Both the position numbers and the translations under genes were made by a program. The notes beneath the pieces are model-generated. The model did not search any database and was not told where the DNA came from. It saw nothing but the letters and a program-made list of their open reading frames with translations. A stretch of DNA of 63,695 bases, the filler included, from Welwitschia mirabilis (lineage: Eukaryota), in the NCBI GenBank assembly GCA_051453625.1. It is 6 parts of one record of this genome, joined end to end, with 100 filler letters (N's around TTAATTAATTAA, not from the genome) between each part and the next. Parts side by side here need not be neighbours in the genome. Positions count along the whole stretch, not along the records: positions 51,141 to 59,235 come from JBOZIK010000001.1; positions 59,336 to 62,494 come from JBOZIK010000001.1; positions 62,595 to 63,695 come from JBOZIK010000001.1; 3 more parts are not named here. One strand, given 5' to 3'. Shown here one piece after another: positions 54,001 through 63,695 of this stretch; position 1 is the first letter of the stretch, and each line of letters opens with the position of its first letter.

Positions 54001-55289
54001 CTCTATCTTTAGACTCTTAGAAATCCTAGTTATAGTTGAAAGGCTTCCTCTTAGAAGCAGAGGAAAATGAGAGGCATTCCACTTTTTTTCTTAGAAGTAT
54101 CTCTAAACTGCCTAGTAGGTACATCAGCTGCAAGGTATCCTTTATATGGTTAACTAAACCTAATAGAAATGATTATAAAAATGTACTAAAATAGCTTTAA
54201 GATTTTTCTTGATTTGTTTTATTCTTTATTATCTCTTTTTGTTTTTTTTATATCTATAGCACATGAAAGAGGGCCATTAGCATATTAGCCTAATAGAGAA
54301 ATGATCTCATCCTCATGAATTCTTTAAAATAAATAAGCACCAGGAAAGAAGAAAATTTACCTTTTTTCTTGATTCCACATCAAATATTTCTAAATGTATG
54401 TAAATTTTAACCAAAAACTCACACGTTCAAAGGACTACCTAGTGAAAGAGGAAAACCCTATAAAATCTTAACTAAGCTTTGAAAAGGTAAAGAATCTTTT
54501 TTTTAATTGATTAAAGAAAAGATCATTAACTAGGATCATTACATGAACTCATAAGATAATGAAAGGAGTGAACAGAATGTAGGTGATAAACGATTACATG
54601 AAGGTAATTTGCATGAGTGGAAATGGCTAAAGTGTGGATAAGGTAAATGAGTATGGTTAGGGTTTTCAATGAAAGAATCATCCTTAAATACATGAGGGTT
54701 TTTCAAAGTTTGATCCAAACATCTTAAGTCTACAGTAAATAAATCTAATTCAAGCTCATTTGATAAAATCAAGTTAGGCTCATAAGGATGGTATGTACTC
54801 ATGGATGAGGATAAAAAATTTGAATGATTAGGATTTTTACAATAAAATGAATAAGATGTTTTATCAATTGATAAATTAGCCCTAGAAATTTTTTTTATGA
54901 TAAGACTTCATACATGAGTTGAAAAATCAAGAAAAGTATGTGGAGAATACTCATTATATCTCAAACATTTTAGGTCATGGAAGAACCATCTTATTTCTTT
55001 TTCTTACTTAACAAATAATTCTTGTAAATGTTTTTCTGTGATGAATATATAGGTGAGTTAGAGATTGGAGAATTAAAATGATCATTATAAAATATATATC
55101 TTAAGTTCTCAAGAGATAAGTCCATATTAAAATAAGGATCATTTTCAAGATTGACATACGGATCATAATCAAGAGAGGGTATATAAATAAGGAAAACATT
55201 GTTCTCATAGGAAGAAGGATCAAGATCATCAAGACTTTTAGTAAACTCTATTCCTTCTAAATCATTAACATGTTTTACATTATTCAAGA

Positions 55290-55900
55290 TATTTTACTCA
55301 ATAGTCATGTTATCAAAAAAAATATTTATAAGACCATTTCTACAATTGATAAGAGCATTAGAAGTGGTAAGAAAATGTCTTTTAAAGATGATAGGAATAA
55401 TATGACTTCTAGTTTTTTTTTCCCATTTCCAAAACTACAAAGTCCACAAAAAGGTAGCAATTTGCTACTTAAACAATCACATCCTATACTATGCCCAAAT
55501 GTGATTTCAAAGAATTATCAACTAGCCACAATTGAATTTTAGTATTTTTTATGTCATTTATACCAAGTTCCTTATAGAGACTATAAGGTAAATGATTAAC
55601 ATGAGTTCCAAGATCTAATAAGGCTTGTTAAAAGTTAGTGTTTTCAATAGTAATGGCTATGGTAGAGAATTCTAGATCTTTGTATTTTAGGAGGATTTAA
55701 TTTTGAATGATAGTACTAGTTTATTGAGAAAAAAATGCTTTACTTTTTCCATTTATTCTTCTTTTGATAGTGCATAGATATTTCAAGAATCTAAGTTAGG
55801 AAAATATATTTTTAATGGCTTTTAAAAATGAGATACATGAAAATTTTGAGTGCTTATTATTACTTCTTAATCAATTGATTTTTTCTAAGTTATTGAGAAA
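55290..55900 (-). pseudogene. Athila-type aspartic protease remnant
   Basis: PP.KYKDLEFSTIAITI...LLDLGTHVNHLPYSLYKELG...LVDNS...GIV*DVIV*V..FVDFVVL...PIIFKRHFLTTSNALINCRNG. Confidence 0.88.
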
Positions 55901-56176
55901 AGTATATAGGTTCTTTGTAAGTTAGAACAACTTCTTCTAATTCATTTTTCTTCTCTACCTTATTCTTGCTTTTAGGCTTATCTTATTGTACAACTTCCTC
56001 TTGGAGTTGTTTCTATTCTATCTCTTTATTGATATTATTTCCATTCTCAAATGTATGACCTTAGTTTCCTTGATTTATACATCTTCTATAACCTTACAAC
56101 TATTAGGTTAGGCTCACATATAGTAGGAAGATTTTCCTTCTCATATTGGTTGAGTGATGTAAGGATATGGGGTGGT

Positions 56177-56310
56177 TTAACTTAGTTGTTGTATTCCTTA
56201 CCCTAACCTTTTCAATGTGGAAGAGTGTCATACCCCACATTTTAACTTAGTTGTTGTATTTCTTACTCTAACTTTTACAATGTGAAAGAGTCTTATACCT
56301 ACATTTTGTA
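56177..56310. repeat. ~66-bp tandem duplication
   Basis: ttaacttagttgttgtatt.cttac.ctaac...aatgtg.aagagt...atacc.acatttt occurs twice. Confidence 0.8.
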
Positions 56311-56819
56311 ATCTTTAATTACTAAACATAATAGAGATTTTAATATTAAACAAAGAACCTTCTTTTCTTTAATTTAAGTCACATAAGAATTAATTGGTAG
56401 CTTTACAATTAATAATGTATTATATTTTTTATGTCAATGATGTATATTTTGAATTATAGGTACTCATAAGGTCACTTAATCAATTAGTATTAGTTTTAAG
56501 TAATTTTATTATTTTATAATAATAATAAAGAAAATTTTAACAGGAAGAAAAATTAATAAACAAAGGATATTTAACTATTAATACTAAATAGACCTATTTA
56601 CAATAAGACATGTCATCTACATGGTTAAATAGTTAAATTTCAAAAATTCACATGAAGGTATATAATAATAGTAAGATGTTTATAAGAATCGCATGTGATA
56701 TCTTTATTTTAATCATTTATTCACGTGCCTTATTCAAATCTAAAAATGAAGGGGGAAAACTAAAATTACTTTATAAAATTAAAGGTATAATAAATAGATA
56801 AAAGTAAGAGTATTATGCT

Positions 56820-56930
56820 CAACTATGACAATTTCTTACATTTAATTATGAAATTTTCTTACATTCAATTATGACATTTTTCTTACATTTAATTATGATA
56901 TTTTTCTCATATTCAATTATGACATTTATT
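56820..56930. repeat. ~23-25-bp minisatellite, 5 copies (AATTATGACATTTTTCTTACATTY)
   Basis: Direct inspection. Confidence 0.85.
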
Positions 56931-57354
56931 TCTTGTAATTTCTATTATTGATGTAATAGTTTATGAAGAGTGTGAACATGTGAATAAGGATTTCCAACCT
57001 TACCCATAAACCAAAAAAGATAAATGAATAAATTCTGTCATCACTTTTATCCTTATTAATATTTTTTAAAGTACTTTATACATAAAATATTATTTTTCTT
57101 GTTGTTTCACATGTCAAATTTGAAATTGATGCATTTATTCTTTCAATGTATTTTATACTATAAATTCTATTTTGAATTAATTATAAATCTATGAAGGATT
57201 AAGAAGGTACTAGCATGAGGAAATGATGCATGTAATTAATTTTTGTAATTAAAGCAAGAAAATTACTTACCTAAGTTAGGTGCATTAATCATAAATAAAA
57301 TTCTTTTTATCATTCATATATCATTTTCACTTATTACACAAGCTCTCATAACTT

Positions 57355-57560
57355 CTTAATGATCAATCTTATTACTATTTATTTGTATGTCAATGTTACT
57401 TCTCCACAATTTCATCCAACTTGTCATTGATCAATCTTATTATTGTCATTCATATGTCCATATCATTTTTACACAAAGTCCATCCAACTTGTCATTGATC
57501 AATCTTGTCATTATTACTCATATGTTCATATCACTTTTATGAAAAGTTTATTCAACTTAT
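57355..57560. repeat. ~68-bp tandem repeat, about 3 copies
   Basis: tgatcaatctt...catatgt.catatca...catccaacttgtcat is repeated. Confidence 0.75.
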
Positions 57561-59279
57561 TAAAAAAAGACTTTTGACCTTATGAGTCAAATGATCTAGG
57601 TTGTCTTTAACTAATTATATCAAGAACATTTGATACATCATTTATCTATAAATAGATATCTCTTTTTATTCTCAAGCCAATTTTCTTAAAGCAAGTTTTA
57701 TGCTATCAAAATTTCTTCTCAATCTCGCATCCCTTTGAGTATGGTGTTGGAGCTTGGATCTTAAAGCTTGGAGCTTAAAGCTTGGATCTTAGATATTAGA
57801 AGCTTGGACCTAGGGTGTTGAAGCTTATGACTTCATCAATATTCTTTAAATATCATCAATCTTTTTTCCTTCATGTAGGTTCTTCTTTCATAAGAATTTT
57901 AGCTCCATTTCTTGCATTAAGTTTATGCATATAATTACGGTATCAATGTAGTATTAATTTTGTTTCTCTCATTGGTTAAGATATATTTATATGTTTATTT
58001 TATGAATATACCAATGGATATTTTCCCTCTAGTTCATGTAGACTAAAATGAGGGAGAGAATTGAAGGACCTCTTGACATACTTGGCTTCTATGTGTTTAA
58101 TGGATATTTTGGCCAACTGATGAGGGGGTTAACTATAACTCTTGGTACCATGTTATTTTACATTATCTTATTTTTAAAATTCATTTTTCATTATATTAGT
58201 ATTAGATTTTTATTAGGGTGAATGAGTTTTATCCTCACAAATCTATTTAGGTTAGGTACTCTTTCTTAGAAAATTCTAAGGCTCATGGTATTTGATGCAT
58301 TATTTGTTATTATAAGTTGAGTTTATATTACTTATAATTATGTTTTATATACTTTAAATACTAATTTTTATTATGATTTTTTAGTTATTTTAATTAATTT
58401 TTATTTTTATAAATTATTATGAATTCTCTTATTCTAGTTTAATTAAAGTTTACTTTTTTCCAAAAGTGAAGCATAACTTAAGAAAGTCATAACTCATTCA
58501 ACACTAAGTAAGTTTTCATAAAAATTTTAATATAGGTTTAAAATCATGTTAATAATTTATAAATTTTAAAATAGTAAATTTTTTGAAAGTAGAGTAATTT
58601 TTAAAATTTTTTTATGAAAATAACTCAAAAATTACAAGTAGAAAATAGCAAGCAAAAAGTCTTAGTTTCCAGAATTAATGGGAATGGCTAGGAAAAACTT
58701 AAATAGTCAAACATATATAGAAGTTAATAAGTTTTTAAAAAATTATTTACACATTTAAAAAATCCAAGTATATTAAACTTTATAGCAATTTAAGTGTAAG
58801 ATATTATTTTAGTAACTCCATAATTTAAGTAATTTTTATAGTTAAGATTTGTGCCTATGAAATATGCCTATATCAATTTGAATTTAATAAAATTAGTTTT
58901 TAAGGAAATATGATAAGTTTAGTTAATAAAATTAATTCTAATTTATTTTTACATTTTTAATAATTAATTTAAAAATTTTAGTTTCAATGTCTTTTAAAGT
59001 CTAAAAAAACTTATAAATAATTTTAATAATTATATAAAATTATTTAATGTAAATACCAAATTATTTTAAATACTATATATGATTTCCAGTTAAGTTGGAT
59101 TTTTCAAATCATTTTTATATACTATTTATTAATATTTAGGCTCTTATTCTTGCATTTCAAGCATAAACATTAGGGTTGTCTACTTAATAATTCTAGAGAT
59201 GTATAGCTCAATAACTTATCTTTATTAATGTTTTTNNNNNNNNNNNNNNNNNNNNNNNNNNNNNNNNNNNNNNNNNNNN

Positions 59280-59291
59280 TTAATTAATTAA
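59280..59291. other. Artificial scaffold linker TTAATTAATTAA
   Basis: Centred in the N block 59236-59335. Confidence 0.95.
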
Positions 59292-59335
59292 NNNNNNNNN
59301 NNNNNNNNNNNNNNNNNNNNNNNNNNNNNNNNNNN

Positions 59336-61015
59336 TACTCTTAAAGATTAATACAATACCTTATTTACTTAATCCTATAGAATTTTTTCTTATAAACAAA
59401 TATCCTTTGGCTTATGCAATTCACCGCCCACTTTCCTACATTGCATGTTTGTAATTTTCTTTGACTTATTAGATTTAGATATCAAAATCTTCATGAATGA
59501 ATTCTTAGTTTATGAAACCTTATTTAACCATTGTTTGAGCAACTTAGAACATGTTCTAGAAAGATGTATTGAAAAATTCCTTGTACTGAACTAGGAAAAA
59601 TGCAATTTTTTGGTAAATCAAGGCATAGTTTTAAGACATCTCATATCTAAGAAAGAAATTCAAGTAGATCTAGCTAAGGTCTCCTTGATCACACACTTGT
59701 CAATCCCCCAAAAATAAAAATATATTAGATCATTCTCAGGGCATGTAAGATATTATAAGTAATTCATCAAGGATCTTGGTGAAATCTCTAAGATTTTGTA
59801 TGATCTTTTGAACAAGGATATCTCCTTTGACTGGACTCTAAAGTATCAAAATGCTTTTGAATAACTTAAAGAAAAACTAACTTCCATACCCATTATTCAA
59901 CCACCTAATTGAAAGTTACCTTTTGAACTTATGTGGGATGCAACTAACTTTGCAGTAGGAGCCATTTGAGAATAAATAGTTGATAAAATGCCAATTTTAA
60001 TTCACTATGCTAGTAGAACCTTAATTAACACTTAAATTAAATACACCATTATAGAGAAGAAGCTTCTGGCTATTGTTTTAGGCCTTGAAAAATTTAATAA
60101 ATACCTCTTAGGATCTAAGATAGTTATTTATAATGATCATTTGGCTCTTAAATACCTTTTTATTAAAAAGGATTTAAAACCACATGATATCACATGGATC
60201 CTTCTCCTTTAATAATTTGATTTAGAGATTAAGAATAAGAAAGGCTTTGATAATGTTGTCATAGATCATCTTTCATTCATATCTCCAAATAATTTGTAAA
60301 CATCTTTACCTATTGATGACACTTTTTCTAATGAATGTCTCTTTTTAGTCAAAGAAATACCTTGGTTTGTAGATATCGTTGATTACTTAATCTCTAAAGT
60401 TACTCCTTTACACTAGGCCAATAATTATAAAAAGAGATTCTTAAGCCAAGTTAAATATCTNNNNNNNGTCCATACCTTTTTAAATACTATCTAGATCAAG
60501 TCATTTGCAAATGTGTCCCTCAAACTGATGTTCATGACATACTTAAATGTTACCATTCTAAGGCTTGTGATAAACATGAATTAGCTAATAAAACTACAAT
60601 AATAATCCTCTAATCTAGTTTTTATTGGCCATTAATTTTTAAAGACTTCTATGTTTACTGTAAATCTTGTAATAACTATCAAAAGTTACAGAGTCTTTCA
60701 CATATACACATGATGCCTTTAAATTCCATCCTTGCTATTTAATCCTTCGATGTATAGGGAATTGATTTTCAATGGCCTTATCTATCATCAAATGGGTGTT
60801 AATACATCCTTATTAGTGTTGACTATGTAATTAAATGGGTTGAAGCATGTTCTTATCAAGTAAATAACATTAAAATGGTAGTTAGATTCTTTAAAGAAAA
60901 TGTCTTAACTTGTTTGGATTGTTCATATGTTTTAATTAGAGATGGAGGAATACACTTTTGTAATAATATATTTAATAATCTTCTAACAAAATACAGGGTT
61001 ACACATAAAGTTTCA
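59336..61015 (+). pseudogene. pol: Athila-type gypsy pol remnant: RT C-half, RNase H, integrase (zinc finger and core)
   Basis: SFGLCNSPPTFLHCM, IFMNEF (decayed FMDDF), LERCIEKFLVLN*EKCNFLVNQGIVL, PFELMWDATNFAVGA, HYASRTL, LLAIV.GLEKF, WILLL**FDLEI, PWFVDIV, FYWP..CKSCNNYQ, FDV*GIDF, VDYVIKWVEA, IRDGGIHFCN. Confidence 0.95.
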
Positions 61016-62494
61016 TGTTGCAACGCCAACTTAGATGTATTTGATAGGGTATTTTGAGTTGTTTTGTAGATAAACAAATAAATAAATGCCTAGTTTCTAT
61101 GACAATCGAGAATCCAGGAGCAAAAGATGAAAACATGCAGTTTATTAGATAATTCACAAGCATTTCATGTAGATATGGATAAATTTTATTTTTGGATGAT
61201 TATCCCTATAAACAAAAAGATATCACACTGACAAAGAATGAAGAAAAGACTGTCATTCCCTTTGTCGTCCACACGACAGGCAGGATGATAACCCTATTTT
61301 AGCATATGATAGAGTCCTTTCTAGATAACTTATAGTTAAACTGAACATATTCTTATCAAACCTCATCATCCACCTCATCATCCAGATGACATCAATGGAT
61401 GACATCTCCAGAACCAGTCGACAAATAGTTCACATGAAGATCACAAGCAGTAAATTAGAAGCTAAACAGATAACTCATTGTTAATCCTCGTCATTTCCTC
61501 TATCATCCAAATGACTAGAAGGATGATACTATCTTTCCATAGTTTTACAGAATGTATTCCCGAGTTGTCGGCTGTTATTTGCGACTTTCCCTTGCATGTT
61601 AGCTAGAGTTTCTACTTTAACTTTCTGTTAGTTCCCTTTCCCTTTCTGTCTATAAANNNNNNNNNNNNNNNNNNNNNNNNNNNNNNNNNNNNNNNNNNNN
61701 NNNNNNNNNNNNNNNNNNNNNNNNNNNNNNNNNNNNNNNNNNNNNNNNNNNNNNNNTTATAGTTAAACTGAACATATTCTTATCAAACCTCATCATCCAC
61801 CTCATTGTCCAGACGACATCAATGGATTACATCTCCAGAACCAGTCGACAAATAGTTCACATGAAGATCACAAGCAGTAAACTGGAAGCTAAACAGATAA
61901 CTCATTGTCAATCCTCGTCATTTCCTCTATCATCTAGATGACTAGAAGGATGATACTATTTTCCCATAGTTTTACAGAATGTATTCCCGAGTTGTCGCCT
62001 GTTATTTGCGACTTTTCCTTGCATGTTAGCTAGAGTTTCTACTTTAACTTTCTGTTAGTTTCCTTTCCCTTTTTGTTTATAAATAAAGGTCTTCCCCTCG
62101 CTTCCTAATCATCTTCAACAGTACCAGACATTCTCATCNNNNNNNNNNNNNNNNNNNNNNNNNNNNNNNNNNNNNNNNNNNNNNNNNNNNNNNNNNNNNN
62201 NNNNNNNNNNNNNNNNNNNNNNNNNNNNNNNNNNNNNNTTCTACTTTAACTTTCTGTTAGTTTCCTTTCCCTTTTTGTTTATAAATAAAGGTCTTCCCCT
62301 CGATTCCTAATCATCTTCAACAGTACCTGACATTCTCATAATAGGAGATCTTGGGACTGGAGAATCATCTTATAATCCAGAGAGATGTTACCTTGATGTT
62401 GGGTGGTGTATCCTCCATTGAGGAATGACTACTTTGTGATACAGATGCTTTTCATATCTTTAATATGAATTACTCTTTTTGTTAATAATTACAG
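61016..62494 (+). repeat. Younger Athila-family LTR inserted into the integrase
   Basis: Starts TGTTGCAACGCCAA exactly where integrase homology stops (THKVS|). Carries the hairpin motifs and TATAAATA, and retains more CpGs. Confidence 0.8.
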
Positions 62495-62538
62495 NNNNNN
62501 NNNNNNNNNNNNNNNNNNNNNNNNNNNNNNNNNNNNNN

Positions 62539-62550
62539 TTAATTAATTAA
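62539..62550. other. Artificial scaffold linker TTAATTAATTAA
   Basis: Centred in the N block 62495-62594. Confidence 0.95.
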
Positions 62551-62773
62551 NNNNNNNNNNNNNNNNNNNNNNNNNNNNNNNNNNNNNNNNNNNNGAAAAA
62601 ACTATATGTTGTTACATATCTCATCTCTATTGACTTATCCTCGATTTCTTGAAATATCTTCATGTATGAGATGAACATTTATGAGAAAATTTATCCATGA
62701 AGTTATCCTATTGGCAAGGTATATTTTTGTGGTCAAACTTCTTTAGCTTTATAAAATTATTTTATCTTAGACT

Positions 62774-63259
62774 TCACAGATCACTGAATGAGGCAGTTAA
62801 GAGAGAATCCCATAGATTGTCAAATGAGGCAGTGGAGATATCATATTACCACAGATCATCAAATGAGGTAGTGGGCTACACAGATTGACAAATAAGGTAG
62901 TGAAGTTGATGATGATTAAGAGTACCACAGATCATCAAATGAGGTAGTAGGCTTTACAGATCACCGAATGAGGCAGTAAAGTTAAATATTATATAACCAA
63001 AGATCATCAAATGAGGCAGAGGACTTCACAGATCATCGAATGAGGTAGTGAAAAGAGAATTTCACAGATCATTGAATAAGGCAGTGAGGATATTATATAA
63101 CCATAGATCGCCAAATGAGGCAGTGGGCTTCACAGATCGCTAAACGAGGCAATGAAGAGAGAATTCCACAGATCGCCGAATGTGATAGTGGAGATATTAT
63201 ATTACCATTGATCACTGAATAAGGTAGTGGGCTTCATACAGTGCTGAATGAGGCAGTGA
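62774..63259 (+). repeat. 14-unit tandem array of a 26-bp hairpin core with recurrent spacers and 104-bp higher-order period
   Basis: Core YCACAGATCGCCGAATGAGGCAGTGR. Spacers cycle GCT / AGAGAGAAT(T) / AGATATTATATTA. Confidence 0.92.
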
Positions 63260-63695
63260 AATTATTGATGGTTGAGACTATATTATGTTCATAATCATAA
63301 GCTCATTATCTATATTATATCTTGAAGTTCTTGGAATCATGATTTTTGTCGTAATCCTAGCAAAATCATATCAAAATACATATTCTTGCCTAGGCCATAC
63401 TGAGAGGGCTATGAGATTTTCACAGTTCTCATCCCATAGCTTTTTGTGACAGATAGCAAATCTGGAGTCTAATTGCTAAGATAGGTATGAGTTTATGAAG
63501 GATCATTGGATTTATATTGGTGGAAAGTTTTCTAATTAAGAGAAATCTCATGACTATATAAAGTTAAATGCCTAAAATACATGATTATTCAATATGTTAT
63601 CTATTATTGTGATGAGAAATAATCCTTATTTATTTAGTGTATGGCATGCAGTACTTGAAGTCTACTCTAAAATTATATGTTATATGGAATGAAGG

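Larger units (their letters stand above)
47803..56150 (-). mobile_element. Athila-like element C (protease, no RT, possible env-like ORF, 3' UTR, 3' LTR); crosses an assembly linker
   Basis: 3' UTR 49062-51040 is homologous to the element A and B 3' regions. Protease at 55.3-55.9 kb. Continuity across the linker at 51041-51140 is inferred. Confidence 0.45.

Noticed and set aside
62774..63259. CRISPR array or hammerhead ribozyme repeats
   Set aside because: Spacers are only 3-21 bp and recur cyclically, there are no cas genes, and the context is plant. No CTGATGA...GAAA hammerhead core.
1..63695. Fungal RIP or prokaryotic origin
   Set aside because: The Sirevirus and Athila elements and the plant-type KUP gene indicate an angiosperm. 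Methylcytosine deamination explains the bias.

Overview
This is AT-rich (roughly 25-30% GC by eye), CpG-depleted flowering-plant heterochromatin from a gappy draft assembly. I see no intact protein-coding, rRNA or tRNA gene. Most of the window is nested, decayed transposons. There are several Athila-type Ty3/gypsy elements with TGTTGTGATG...CATCACAACA LTRs, a tRNA-Asp PBS, gag/protease relics and one RT-RNaseH-integrase relic. There are also three Sirevirus (SIRE, Ty1/copia) elements, a probable L1 LINE fragment and the right end of a CACTA element. The most notable non-TE signal is a heavily decayed KUP/HAK/KT potassium-transporter pseudogene at about 0.5-5.3 kb, upstream of the CACTA end. 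Other points of interest are a 14-unit hairpin repeat array with 104-bp higher-order periodicity (62.8-63.3 kb), a SIRE insertion with an apparent 6-bp TSD, and non-autonomous Athila derivatives that share a conserved non-pol coding-like segment. Five artificial N-TTAATTAATTAA-N linkers and many gap-flanking duplications are assembly artefacts. All protein assignments come from motifs I recognised by eye, not from database searches.
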